The translations under genes were made by a program, and so were the position numbers. The notes under the pieces are model-generated. The model was not told the origin of the DNA. It did no database searches and saw only the letters and a program-made list of their open reading frames with translations. DNA of 64,000 nucleotides from the IMG/VR virus record IMGVR_UViG_3300028920_002946, positions 32,001 to 96,000 of that record; one strand, 5' to 3'. How positions within the stretch are numbered: position 1 is the first letter of the stretch; each line of letters starts with the position of its first letter. Below, piece after piece: positions 10,707-20,602 of the stretch. The DNA comes from a virus.

Positions 10707-13226
10707 CTAGTTCTCCGTCGGCGTCTGGTTGCCGGAATCGGCCCCCACCTGTATCTCGACGGCCCTGTCAAGCTGCTGATCGTTGGCGATGTTTTTCGAG
10801 TCCGGCTTGGTCGTGTAGTAAAGTTCCGGATCGTTGTCCGGGTTCGGGGACTGCAAATCCAGGTCGTTCAGTTTGCGCCTCTGATCGACGCCCCTCTCGA
10901 ACTCCTCGGGGTCGGTTTCCTGCGGGTTCGACAGGGGGTTGATCGAGGAGGGCGGCTTGGAGGCGGATTCGGCGTTGCCGGACGTCGTGACGGACTGCCC
11001 CGTCCCGGAGGCGCCGAGCACGGCGTTCGTCTGCGCGTCCCGTGCATCGCGGGGGTTGCTGCTGTCCACCAGATCGCTCGCCCTCGTCACCTTGAGGTTC
11101 GCGCCGTACGGGAACGCCCCGATGTGCTTGTACCCCCTTTTGTCGCTGAAGGGCACCGTGTCGTCCGTTATCATGAGAAGCTCGTTCGAAATTATGGCCT
11201 GCGTCTCAGCCCTCTGGTCGTCTATCGGCACTGGGTTTTTGGCGGCGGCCTTTTCGTCCCCCTCCTGAAGCTTGGACACCTTCGTCTGGTTGTCGACGAC
11301 GTAGCCCCCGGTCTTGTTGGCCGCCACCCTCTTCACGCGCGCGTCCGACACCTTGTAGAAGCCCTGCGAAGGGGGGCCGGCGAGGAACCCGCTCGCCCTC
11401 TTGAAATCATCCTTGAGTATGTCGTTGACCATCATCTGGAGCTCCCCCTCCGGCAGGCTGCCCCCCTTGATGGCCTCCCTCAGCTCGATGACGGCCTCCT
11501 GCATCTTCTCGTCGGCGGTCTTCTCCGGCGCCTCCTTGTCCTCATCGTTTTTGGACTTGTCCTCGTTCACGACAAGGCCCAGATTGGTCTTGGGGTCGAA
11601 CCGAAGGACCTTCGACTTCAAAAGCGTGCCGGCGGTGCCCGTAACCGACCCGTCGTCCCACACCCTGTCCCTGCGGAACTCGAGCCCCAGGGTGGTAGTC
11701 GCGGAGGACCCGAAGGACACGGAGTGGCTCACCGATGTCACGTAATAGTAGGCGTCTATGTGCTTCACGTACACCGGGTAGCCCAGCCTCAACTCGGGGC
11801 GCAGCGGGGTGGAGAGGCTCCCCGTGTAGGCCCTGCCGTTGACCCTCGTCATCTCGGCGCAGGCTACGAGGCGCAGCGAGCGGGCGTCGTTGCCGTAGCG
11901 CATGGCGACGTGCTGAAACCTTATGCCGTAGCGCTTCACGCTGTCGACGTCGATGTGATACCCTATGTTCTCCAAGTCGGGTATCTCGTAACGCAGGGGC
12001 GCGGTGACCTCGAGGTAGTTCACGATTGCGTCGCTGTTCGTGTCCGCCCCGAAGGTGATGATGTCCTCCGGCTTGAACGTGTAGTAGGGCACGTCCTCGG
12101 CGTTCACGTCGAGGTTGTAGAGCGGCGGCTTGAACACCAGCCGGCCATTCGAATCGAGGAAGAACTCCATGTGCGTCTGTTCGCAGACCTGGTTGGCTAT
12201 CTCGAGCTTCGTGGTTTCCAGGGCCGTCGCGCCATCGCCGAAGAGGTTGAAGGCCCCGTAGGGCTGTATCCTCGCAAGTATGCCGTAGTCGAGGGTCAGG
12301 CGGGCGCGTATGCTCGACTGCCTGTCCATTCGGGCCGTGCTGCGGAAGGTGGACACCGACTCCCTCACCGACTCGATGGATATCGGGCCGCGGAGCCCGA
12401 ACATCTCCAGCGGCATCCTGTCGGGATCCGCTATGGGCGAGTCGGCATCGAACCCGAAGCGCCTGTTCCAATAGTCTATGATGTTCATCGAAAGCGCTGT
12501 GAAGGTCCTTTTCCGCTCCGCGCCGCTGAGCCCGCCGAAGTCCGGCGCGAACTCGGACTTGGAAAGCTTCGGGTAGATGAAGTTGTACGCCCGGCCGCTG
12601 TCGGAAACGAAGAAGGTGTCCATGAACAGCGCGTAGATGAGCTCCCACGGGGTCATGTTCTCGAAGACGGTCGGGAACCTGTTCATCCCCGGCGCACCAA
12701 ACAAGCTCTGTATGGCGGCCGGCTTCAGGGTCAGCTTCTGGTACTTCCACCAGGTCAGTATGTCGCCGCAGGTGATCGAGAACGTGTTGACCCCACCGCT
12801 GTAGCTCTCGGAAACGTTCGTGATCATGCCCCAGAACACGGGGTAGTACTGTGGTACGTACCCGGTGCTCTCGTCGAGGTAGCGCCCCTTCATGTATACC
12901 TTCACTTCCATCATGGGGGCGAAGTATGGCATCTTCGTGCCGTTCGGGAGGTTGATGTAGTAGTCCTCGTGCAGCCCCTTGTACTGCGGGGCGACAACGT
13001 CGAACGTGCATTTCGAGGCGCCGGGCGGCGACAGGGCTAGGCTCACATTAACGGAGGTGATGCCGCCCCTTATCTCGAGCCCCTTCAGCCCCTTCTTGCT
13101 CACGGGGGACAGCACGCGCGCGCCAAGTGCCCCGTTCACGGACACGAAGGCGTCCGGCGCGAGCCGCAGCAGCCCCCTATTGCGGAATTCGTTCGGCGTG
13201 AACAGGCCTGATCTTGTCTCTGCCAT
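10707..13226 (-). CDS. Baseplate hub protein (gp27/gpD-like) with low-complexity C-terminal extension
   Basis: PMMEVKVYMKGR...VFWGMITNVSESYSGG...ITCGD; EFFLDSNGRLVFKPP; RYGIR; PLRPELRLGYPVYV...YYVTSVSHS. Position between the tube initiators and the spike. Confidence 0.8.
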   Translation of the reverse strand: MAETRSGLFTPNEFRNRGLLRLAPDAFVSVNGALGARVLSPVSKKGLKGLEIRGGITSVNVSLALSPPGASKCTFDVVAPQYKGLHEDYYINLPNGTKMPYFAPMMEVKVYMKGRYLDESTGYVPQYYPVFWGMITNVSESYSGGVNTFSITCGDILTWWKYQKLTLKPAAIQSLFGAPGMNRFPTVFENMTPWELIYALFMDTFFVSDSGRAYNFIYPKLSKSEFAPDFGGLSGAERKRTFTALSMNIIDYWNRRFGFDADSPIADPDRMPLEMFGLRGPISIESVRESVSTFRSTARMDRQSSIRARLTLDYGILARIQPYGAFNLFGDGATALETTKLEIANQVCEQTHMEFFLDSNGRLVFKPPLYNLDVNAEDVPYYTFKPEDIITFGADTNSDAIVNYLEVTAPLRYEIPDLENIGYHIDVDSVKRYGIRFQHVAMRYGNDARSLRLVACAEMTRVNGRAYTGSLSTPLRPELRLGYPVYVKHIDAYYYVTSVSHSVSFGSSATTTLGLEFRRDRVWDDGSVTGTAGTLLKSKVLRFDPKTNLGLVVNEDKSKNDEDKEAPEKTADEKMQEAVIELREAIKGGSLPEGELQMMVNDILKDDFKRASGFLAGPPSQGFYKVSDARVKRVAANKTGGYVVDNQTKVSKLQEGDEKAAAKNPVPIDDQRAETQAIISNELLMITDDTVPFSDKRGYKHIGAFPYGANLKVTRASDLVDSSNPRDARDAQTNAVLGASGTGQSVTTSGNAESASKPPSSINPLSNPQETDPEEFERGVDQRRKLNDLDLQSPNPDNDPELYYTTKPDSKNIANDQQLDRAVEIQVGADSGNQTPTEN

Positions 13227-13232
13227 AACGGC

Positions 13233-14573
13233 TCACTCCGTGACAACCACCACCGCGCCGCCCGACCCGGCCCACATGGCAAGTTCGTCGCGAAGATCTT
13301 TGCCCTCCATGATGATGCATCCCCGCGAGGCGTTAAGGTTGCCCGGGCCGTATCCCCCATGGATGCGGAACACGCTCCGCCCGTATTGAAAGGTGTTGTT
13401 ATCACCGACGGGGGTCAGCGTAACGGTGGAGTCGGACGGGGCGCCATTGTTTCTGTCCCTCGTCTCCGGCTCTATGACCCAGACCCCCCTCGGTATGGGG
13501 CCGACCTCGACCACATACTCGAGCGTGGGATTGTTTATTCCCTCGCCCTTCCCGGAGTAGCAATCCTTCGTCCAGAGCACCTTGCCCGTCTTGTCGGTCA
13601 CCACGAACTCGCCCGTGGACTGAGAGTACGTGCATATGATTTCCGGGTCAAGATCCCCGGGGATGTCATGAACCTGCCGGGACACGACGGACGGATCCAC
13701 CGGCTCGTACGTCCGGGCGTTCCCGGGGGTCGACGGCAGCGGCGGCACGTTGTAGTACTTCTGCATCTGATCCTCGTTCATGCGCACGGTCTTGGCCAGC
13801 TCCATGTCGCCCCCCTGGATGCTGACCTGCACGTTGCCGACCTTCTCGTTCCCGTCCTTGCGGAGATGGCCGTCGAAGGAGTCGCCACGTAGCCCAGCCA
13901 CCACGAACTCGAAGTTGTAGTTGATGCGGTACGGCGTGCTCGCGGTGTCGTCCAGCGTGAACGTGTTGAACGCGCCCACGTGGTCGGCGCCGTCGTAGGA
14001 AACCATGACGAAGTCCATGACGTTGATGACCCTGCTGGTGCCGTCGTTCCAGAGGGTCTGGTCCGCTGTGTCCGTCAGGAAGTAGGCGCCGTTGCGTTTG
14101 AAGAACGACACGAGGGCCAGCAAGTTCGCGAACTCGAGGGAGTTCCGGCGGTTGTAGTTCGTGAGGCCGCCCGTGCGTATCCGCAGCCCGCGGACGGTGT
14201 TCGCGACCTCGTTCGGGTTGTAGTAGAACCCTGCCGAACTGCCGGAGACGGTCAGCGTCTGGAGCTGCTGGCCCCAATAGGTGGTCACCCAGCTCCTCCG
14301 CGTGTACGCGTTCTGGACGGCGTGGGTGTGGCCGTACTGTATGTCGCTCGGGTTGACCATCAGCGTGAGCGGGTATCGCGCCTCGCCCGTCTCGACGTTA
14401 TAAAGCGAGATTACGAACGGTATGTAGTTCGCCGGGGGCCGCATGGCGGACATGAAGGTCGTCGAGTACCCCGGATAGGTCGTGCCCGCCGGGTCGACGT
14501 GGTAGTCCCCGCCCTGGGATTTGATGAGTCCCTTCAGCGACTCCGTCGTGTCGAGATGGTACGGCACCGCCAT
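13233..14573 (-). CDS. Baseplate tube-initiator (gp48/gp54-like) fused to a C-terminal DUF2778/Tlde1-like L,D-transpeptidase-fold domain
   Basis: N-terminal LTLMVNPSDIQY...TRRSWV..YWG...LTVSGSS tube-like fold. C-terminal CTYSQSTG...YSGKG...GPIPRGVW...GRSVFRIHG-x9-SRGCII motif. Confidence 0.7.
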   Translation of the reverse strand: MAVPYHLDTTESLKGLIKSQGGDYHVDPAGTTYPGYSTTFMSAMRPPANYIPFVISLYNVETGEARYPLTLMVNPSDIQYGHTHAVQNAYTRRSWVTTYWGQQLQTLTVSGSSAGFYYNPNEVANTVRGLRIRTGGLTNYNRRNSLEFANLLALVSFFKRNGAYFLTDTADQTLWNDGTSRVINVMDFVMVSYDGADHVGAFNTFTLDDTASTPYRINYNFEFVVAGLRGDSFDGHLRKDGNEKVGNVQVSIQGGDMELAKTVRMNEDQMQKYYNVPPLPSTPGNARTYEPVDPSVVSRQVHDIPGDLDPEIICTYSQSTGEFVVTDKTGKVLWTKDCYSGKGEGINNPTLEYVVEVGPIPRGVWVIEPETRDRNNGAPSDSTVTLTPVGDNNTFQYGRSVFRIHGGYGPGNLNASRGCIIMEGKDLRDELAMWAGSGGAVVVVTE

Positions 14574-14574
14574 C

Positions 14575-15402
14575 TTACTTGCCCCCCGCTATCGATCCTT
14601 GCCGGTACGTGGTCTTCTCAGACTTGAACACCATCGTGTAGGTCATCCTGAAGGGGGAGGCGCTGTCCTCCGACAGGTCGAACGTGTCGAGGTAGCCCAT
14701 GCACGACAGGTAGTCGAAGACCAGGTTCACGTACAGCCTCTCCTTTATCAGCCCCTCCCGGGGGTGGTTGTTGATGAACCCGGCGTTGTCCGGGTCGCCG
14801 AGGAACCCCTCGACCACGGGGCTGACGTAGCCCTCCATCCGCAGCGTGCCGACGCTCCCCTCGTATGTCCTGTTGTCCTGTATGATGAATCCGTCGTAGG
14901 TGAAGACCGTCTTGAGCTCGCGCAGGAACTTGTAAGCCTCGGTGAGGCCGCGCCTCTCGGTCAGCAGGCCCGGGAACTTGCCGTTGAGGGCGTACCCGAA
15001 GAAACTAAACGACGACCCCGACAGGGTGAGAAGGTCGATCTCGTCGCCCCAATGTTCCTCCACCCAACGCGTCATGGTCTGATATCTGTTCGTCATCTTC
15101 GCCGAGTTCACCGTGATCTGCTCGGGGTTCGGGGACATCTTGATGGCGGTCACCACCAAGCCGCTCCTCATGACTATGCCGTAGGGCTGCATCGAGGAGT
15201 CCATCATGCGCAGGAACATCGGCATCTCGTTCGGCGTGCGGCGGAGCCAGGGGCGTATCTCCCGCTCCCTGGTGAGGCCGAGGTCGGCGTTCGACACCTT
15301 CCGCATCATAGCCCGGGACTCATCGAAGTATAGAAGCCCGCCCGTGACCGGATCCTCCATAAGGATCCGCTGCTGGCTCGGCGTCACGTCCTCTATCGAC
15401 AT
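14575..15402 (-). CDS. Baseplate tube-initiator/tube-cap protein (gp48/gp54-like paralogue)
   Basis: MSPNPEQITVNS...QTMTRWVEEHWGDEIDLLTLSGSS...YLDTFDLSEDSASPFRMTYTMVF parallels the neighbouring gene. Directly follows the tape measure gene. Confidence 0.7.
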   Translation of the reverse strand: MSIEDVTPSQQRILMEDPVTGGLLYFDESRAMMRKVSNADLGLTREREIRPWLRRTPNEMPMFLRMMDSSMQPYGIVMRSGLVVTAIKMSPNPEQITVNSAKMTNRYQTMTRWVEEHWGDEIDLLTLSGSSFSFFGYALNGKFPGLLTERRGLTEAYKFLRELKTVFTYDGFIIQDNRTYEGSVGTLRMEGYVSPVVEGFLGDPDNAGFINNHPREGLIKERLYVNLVFDYLSCMGYLDTFDLSEDSASPFRMTYTMVFKSEKTTYRQGSIAGGK

Positions 15403-15406
15403 GGCC

Positions 15407-18400
15407 CTATACCCTCATCTCGTCCTTGTACTTCATTCTGTTGACCACGTCCTCGACCGCCTCGACGAACACGCGGCGGTACTCCTCGGGCTTGCCCTCC
15501 ATCGGTGCGTTGAAGTTGAGGGTCACCCCGTTCATGGCCAGCCCCCCGGCCGCGCCGCCCCTCATGATGCCCGGGCCGTAGTTCATCAGCTGCCCGGCCC
15601 CCATGCCGAGGCCCTTCGCCAGGGAGGAGCTGTCTATGGCCATGTCGCCCCTCTTCAAGTTGACGAGGCCGCCCCTCTTCACGAGGAAGTCCTGCTCTTC
15701 ACCGAACAGTGCATCAGCCGCTTCATCGAAACCTATTTTCGACCTGTACCCCGCTTTGGTTTTTGCGCCGAGAGACTCAACAAGCCTATTGGCGAAATCG
15801 GGGTCGCGTTTATTGGCGGCGGTCCCCCCGTACGCGCCGGTGGCCGATTTTCCCAACTTTTTCAAATCAGCATTGAGTCCGCGCACTGCAAGGTTATACG
15901 CTTCGGCCGCGCCCTCACGGGCCCTCTCGAGCTGCATTTGGCTGTAGACGCCGCCTTCGGTGGCCTCCGGGGCTGACATGACCGCCCGATGCAGTTTCCC
16001 CAACTCCTTAATCTCCTCCTTTTGCTTATGCACGCTGGCGAGCTGCTCGTCGGCGGACATGCGCGCCTCGCGCCGCACCTCCTCGAGGATCGAGGGTATG
16101 AGGCTGTATTTTTTCTCGATTTCCGCTATCTGCTCGCGCCCCGTTGACAGAGAGGCGGACACGCTCTTTATGGCTTTTTCATCGGCGCCAGCCCTCTTCA
16201 TGGCTTCCAGGAGTTCGCCTCCGGTGTACTGCTGTATCTGAAGCTGCTTGTATCTGGCGGCCGCATGGGTCTCGGCGCTGACGAACCTCTCCTCCTGTTC
16301 CCCCCTCTTGCGTTTCGTAAGGAACCTGAAAAGCCCTATAAGCTCCTGGAGTATGCTTCCGGCCCTCTTGGCCGTCTCCGCCGTGGCCACCGATATGCTT
16401 GCCATGAAGTCGCTGCTCGCCAAGGCGAACTTCACGTTCTCCTTGCCTATGTCGAGGTACTTGGCGATGGGGGTGGTCTGCTTCACCAACTCCTCCATCC
16501 GCCGATCCGTGACCTCAGCCTCCTTGCCGGCGGTGACCACCGCAGCCACCCTACTCGCCCAATCCTTGACCTCGCCCTGCGATATCGCCTTGTATTCCTT
16601 CTCGCTCCATTTCGTGCCCGCTTTCTTGCCCGCCTGCTTGCCCGCTACGACTTCCTCGACCCTGTTGACCATGTGCATGAAAACCGGGCCGCCCTCCCTT
16701 ATCAAGGAGAGGATGCGCTCCAATTCGTCGGCGCCAATCCCCCCCGCTTTAAGCTTCCCACGGGCCTCCGAAAGCAAGTCCTCCAATGACTTGATGGGGC
16801 TGAGCTTCGGGTGGTTGAAGAACAAGTTCACGTCGCTCGCGACATCGCTCAAGGCGCTCCCCTGCACGGCATCGTTCATGATGGTTTCGAAATGCCCGAT
16901 CTCCTCCTCCATCAAGGAGAACGTGGCGTTCGCCCTCTTCATCGCCTTGTTGACCGTGTCGAGGTTCCATCCCATCGTCTTGCTCAACACCTCATACGCG
17001 GCGGCCTTGTCCTCAAAGAAGTCCACGTTGAACTTCTCCATGACCCTGTACGCCATCTTCATGACATCGTCCGAGAGCACGTCGAGCATGCCCGCCATGC
17101 CCGTCAAGTCGCCCCTCCTGGCGGCCTCCTGGAGATTCCTTTTGTCCATCTCGGCGGCGTGCAGGCGCGTCCTGGCCGCCTCCAGCTCCTTTTTGGCCCC
17201 CTCCGTCTTTGGGCCGCCCCCGCCCTCGAGTTCCCTGACGATGCTCTTCTGCTCCTGGATGGCCTGATCCATCTCGGCGACGCGCTGGTCCATCATCCTC
17301 TTGACCTCGTCCTCGCCGAGTATGTTGACCAGCTGCCGGCGCTGGTCCATCCCCATGCCCTTGATGCTCCCCATCAGCGTCTGGACGGTCTCGGAGGCGT
17401 CCTTGAAGCCCATGAGGCCCGTCTCCGAGAAGGTGCGCAGCATGTCCGAGGTGGACTTGAGGTAGTTCCCGTAGAAGGACAGCGACGTGCTGACGTTCTC
17501 GACTATCTGGTAGAACTTCTGCGAGTTCACGCCGGCCATCGCGGCGTCGTACGACAGGCCCTTGAAGGCGTCGCTCACGTCGTCGAGGCTGCTCCGGAGG
17601 TTCATCATCTGGCGGCTCATCATCTGCCCCATCTCGCTGAACGAAACCCCGAACTGCTTGCTCAGCTTGAAGCCCTCCTCTATGGCCTGGTTGTAGCCCC
17701 CGGCCCTCTTCGCGATGCCCTCGAGCGAAAGTCCGCCCGTGGACATGGCCTTGAAGAACCCCGTGATGTCCTTCTCCTGCAAACCGAGCCTCATGTTGCG
17801 GCCGACATCGAATATGGCCTTGTTGAAATCCGCCATGGACTTGCTGACATCCTTCATGAGGACGGTGGATCCCGCCATCGTCATCCAGGACTTGTTGAGA
17901 TCCTTCATGAACTTGTCGAGCTCGTTGACGGCGCTGACCGCGGCCCTGATGGTCCCGACGAGCATGCCTATCCAATTCAAGCCCTTGAGGGCATTGCCGA
18001 GCGCCTTGAGCCCGCCCGAAAGCTTCAGTATGCCCCCCCCGGCATCCTCCGCTATGGCCTTGAACTCCTTGAAGCCCTCGCGGACACTCTCCATCGACCC
18101 GTAGCCGCCCTTGAACGCCCCGCCCATGGCCCCCAGCGTCTTCGACTTGATGCCGACGGCCCCGACAAGGCCCCCCGCCACGCCCCCGAGAGCCTTCTCC
18201 CCGAAAACCTCCTTTCCCCACTTACCGTAGGCTTCCTTCCTCTCCCCGCGGGTGCCCGTCCTCATAGTGTGGAGGAGCTTCGTCCTCTCGCTGGCGTTCT
18301 TCATGGCCTTATCGTGCAGCTTGTCCTCGTAGGACATGAGCGCCTTGTACATCGACTCGCCGATGACCTTGCGCGCCTTGAGCTGGTCGAGCTCCGCGCG

Positions 18401-18766
18401 GAACACCTTGGATATCTGCTTGGTGTGGCTCACATATTCGGCGACCGACTTGGTGCTCGCCGAGGCCATATCGTCCATCCTCTTGCCGACTTTGTTGACC
18501 TCGTCCTGCACGTTCTGGATCACGCCCCTCAATTTTTCCCAAGCCCGCAGGGACCGCGTTGCGACCGTCTTTTTCTTCTCGAGCTTGTCGTATTCCCGGT
18601 TTATCCTCTCGACCTGCTTCGAATAATCTGCGGCGCTCCTGTCGAGCATGTTGAGCTTCTGGGCCAGCCTGGACTGCGCGTTGGTCACGTCCGAGATAAC
18701 GTTCCGATGCCGGGTCATGGCATCGGTCAGCTCATTAAGCTTCCGGGGATCCTGATAAATATTCAT
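15407..18766 (-). CDS. Tail tape measure protein
   Basis: 1119 aa, helical, Ala/Gly/Lys/Met-rich, with coiled-coil N-terminus and a VTLNFNA-type C-terminus. Follows the two chaperone genes. Confidence 0.85.
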   Translation of the reverse strand: MNIYQDPRKLNELTDAMTRHRNVISDVTNAQSRLAQKLNMLDRSAADYSKQVERINREYDKLEKKKTVATRSLRAWEKLRGVIQNVQDEVNKVGKRMDDMASASTKSVAEYVSHTKQISKVFRAELDQLKARKVIGESMYKALMSYEDKLHDKAMKNASERTKLLHTMRTGTRGERKEAYGKWGKEVFGEKALGGVAGGLVGAVGIKSKTLGAMGGAFKGGYGSMESVREGFKEFKAIAEDAGGGILKLSGGLKALGNALKGLNWIGMLVGTIRAAVSAVNELDKFMKDLNKSWMTMAGSTVLMKDVSKSMADFNKAIFDVGRNMRLGLQEKDITGFFKAMSTGGLSLEGIAKRAGGYNQAIEEGFKLSKQFGVSFSEMGQMMSRQMMNLRSSLDDVSDAFKGLSYDAAMAGVNSQKFYQIVENVSTSLSFYGNYLKSTSDMLRTFSETGLMGFKDASETVQTLMGSIKGMGMDQRRQLVNILGEDEVKRMMDQRVAEMDQAIQEQKSIVRELEGGGGPKTEGAKKELEAARTRLHAAEMDKRNLQEAARRGDLTGMAGMLDVLSDDVMKMAYRVMEKFNVDFFEDKAAAYEVLSKTMGWNLDTVNKAMKRANATFSLMEEEIGHFETIMNDAVQGSALSDVASDVNLFFNHPKLSPIKSLEDLLSEARGKLKAGGIGADELERILSLIREGGPVFMHMVNRVEEVVAGKQAGKKAGTKWSEKEYKAISQGEVKDWASRVAAVVTAGKEAEVTDRRMEELVKQTTPIAKYLDIGKENVKFALASSDFMASISVATAETAKRAGSILQELIGLFRFLTKRKRGEQEERFVSAETHAAARYKQLQIQQYTGGELLEAMKRAGADEKAIKSVSASLSTGREQIAEIEKKYSLIPSILEEVRREARMSADEQLASVHKQKEEIKELGKLHRAVMSAPEATEGGVYSQMQLERAREGAAEAYNLAVRGLNADLKKLGKSATGAYGGTAANKRDPDFANRLVESLGAKTKAGYRSKIGFDEAADALFGEEQDFLVKRGGLVNLKRGDMAIDSSSLAKGLGMGAGQLMNYGPGIMRGGAAGGLAMNGVTLNFNAPMEGKPEEYRRVFVEAVEDVVNRMKYKDEMRV

Positions 18767-18772
18767 CGGGGC

Positions 18773-19810
18773 CTACCTTATCACCCTCGTGCTCACCTTT
18801 TTCATGAATCGGTCGTCCTTCTCGTCCTTCTCGTAGCCCTCGTACGCGCTCATGTACCTCACGACGTGCGACTTCGGGGCGCTCGAGAGGGCCTCGATCT
18901 CCTCGGGGGTCGCCTGGCGCGAGTCCTCCTCATCCAGGGACGCGGGATCCACCCTCATGCCCTCGCGGAAGGCCCGCGCGCGCTCCTCGGCGCGCCGCTT
19001 CATCTCCTCCGCGCGCGACCGCTGCCTCTCCATCCACTTGTCGATGAAAAGATCATGTTTGTCCTTCTCGCCCCTCATCTGGCGGTACAGCTCGCGTACG
19101 ATGTCCTCCCTGCTACGGATGGGCATGGTCCACTCGGCCGCCCTCTTCTCCTCGTCGCGGCGCTTCTTGTCGTACCCCCACTTCCTTATCTCTGCCCGCA
19201 GGGACTCCAATTCGTCCCTCTGCTTGTCGTAGTTGCGGGAGATGACCCTCGCGCCCTTGTAGTTCAGGGAGGACGCCACCATGAGGGAGAGGTTGAACTG
19301 CTTGGCGTACTCGTGCTCCTCGTCCAGCTGCCTGTTCACGAGCGCCCAGTTCTCCTGGACTGCGTTCAGGCCCGCCACACGCGCGCCCGGGAAGCTGAGC
19401 AGGCCGTCCTCCTTGTAGACCCTCCACAGATAGCGGGATCTCTCGGTGTAGCAGAAGCCCTCGAGGAATCTGAGGACATCGTAGTAATGCCCGCTGAGGA
19501 ACTTGACCGCCGCGTTGAGGGACGACACGAGGCTCACGGGGGATCGCCTGTACATGCCCATGAGCGCCGGCACGGCCTCCGACCTCGCGTCCAGCATGGA
19601 CTCCCCGTCGATGGAGAACGTGCAGAACGCCAGCTTGCACGAAAGGTCGGCGACGGGATCCTTGGCGTCCCTGTACATGCCGAGCATGGACGACTCCCTG
19701 TCCGTCATGCTCTTTATGACCACGTAGGACCCGTCGATCCGCAACTCGGCCGTCAGAAAGCCCTGTGTGATGATCCTCTCGACGATCGGGTATGCCGTCT
19801 CCGCGTCCAC
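18773..19810 (-). CDS. Tail assembly chaperone (second)
   Basis: 345 aa, between the first chaperone and the tape measure. N-terminal similarity to the first chaperone (VIKSMTDRE...CTFSIDGE versus LQVLSLNEE...AIRTIDGE). Confidence 0.6.
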   Translation of the reverse strand: MDAETAYPIVERIITQGFLTAELRIDGSYVVIKSMTDRESSMLGMYRDAKDPVADLSCKLAFCTFSIDGESMLDARSEAVPALMGMYRRSPVSLVSSLNAAVKFLSGHYYDVLRFLEGFCYTERSRYLWRVYKEDGLLSFPGARVAGLNAVQENWALVNRQLDEEHEYAKQFNLSLMVASSLNYKGARVISRNYDKQRDELESLRAEIRKWGYDKKRRDEEKRAAEWTMPIRSREDIVRELYRQMRGEKDKHDLFIDKWMERQRSRAEEMKRRAEERARAFREGMRVDPASLDEEDSRQATPEEIEALSSAPKSHVVRYMSAYEGYEKDEKDDRFMKKVSTRVIR

Positions 19811-19812
19811 GC

Positions 19813-20415
19813 CTACGCCTTGGGCCTCTCGCTCGCATCGCTGTAGTCGTCGGGCAGCCTCTCAAGCTGTATGTCGGCGTCGGGCGAGGGGACGTTCGAT
19901 GCCCCGGTCTCCCCCGACTCCGGGCCTGCGGCCGCCTCGGGTGTCGCCTCCGCCCTGGACTGCGCCTCGTTAATCCTGGCCTCGCGTTCCTTCTCCCTCT
20001 GCTCGGGGGTCTTGTACCACGAGTAGGACAGCGACTTGTTTATCTCCTCCTCCTTCTGCTCGCGCAGATCGACGTACACGTCGAACAGGGTGTCCGTGAC
20101 CTTGTTCGGGAGCGTGTTCAGCAGCTCCTTGACGTAGACGGCCCTCTCCTTCGACGAGTTCGCGCCCCTCTCGCCGTCCTCAACCACCTCCGGCAGCTCC
20201 TCGCCGTCTATGGTCCGTATGGCGTAGGACAGCATGTTCTTCTGCATCTCGCTGTAGAAGGCCATGCCCTCCATATCCTCCGAGGGCGTGGCCTGGACCC
20301 TCTGCTCCTCGTTGAGGGACAGGACCTGCAGCCCGAACTTGACGCCGCCGATTTCGGCCTCCGTCCGGTACTGGAACTTCATCTGCAGCTTTTTGATGGA
20401 ATCTGGTATAGGCAT
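19813..20415 (-). CDS. Tail assembly chaperone
   Basis: 200 aa, acidic, directly downstream of the tube gene; LSYAIRTIDG...LPNKVTDTLFDVY. Confidence 0.6.
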   Translation of the reverse strand: MPIPDSIKKLQMKFQYRTEAEIGGVKFGLQVLSLNEEQRVQATPSEDMEGMAFYSEMQKNMLSYAIRTIDGEELPEVVEDGERGANSSKERAVYVKELLNTLPNKVTDTLFDVYVDLREQKEEEINKSLSYSWYKTPEQREKEREARINEAQSRAEATPEAAAGPESGETGASNVPSPDADIQLERLPDDYSDASERPKA

Positions 20416-20602
20416 GTGAATCTCCCCACGCGGAATCCGCCGCGCGCGAAAAAGTGAACAGAAGCTGTTCTGGGAGTTCGCAGCCTAGAGGTACTGCTCG
20501 GAAGGATGTGTATCTAATTATCTTATTTGTATATACAGGTGCAGCTATGGAGATTTGATTTTATGTAGATATCACGACCTGTCCGAAAGCGCCCCTATGC
20601 GC

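Noticed and set aside
18773-20415. Programmed frameshift between tail chaperones
   Set aside because: They are two separate ORFs, 2 bp apart, with their own ATGs, and no slippery heptamer was noticed at the junction.
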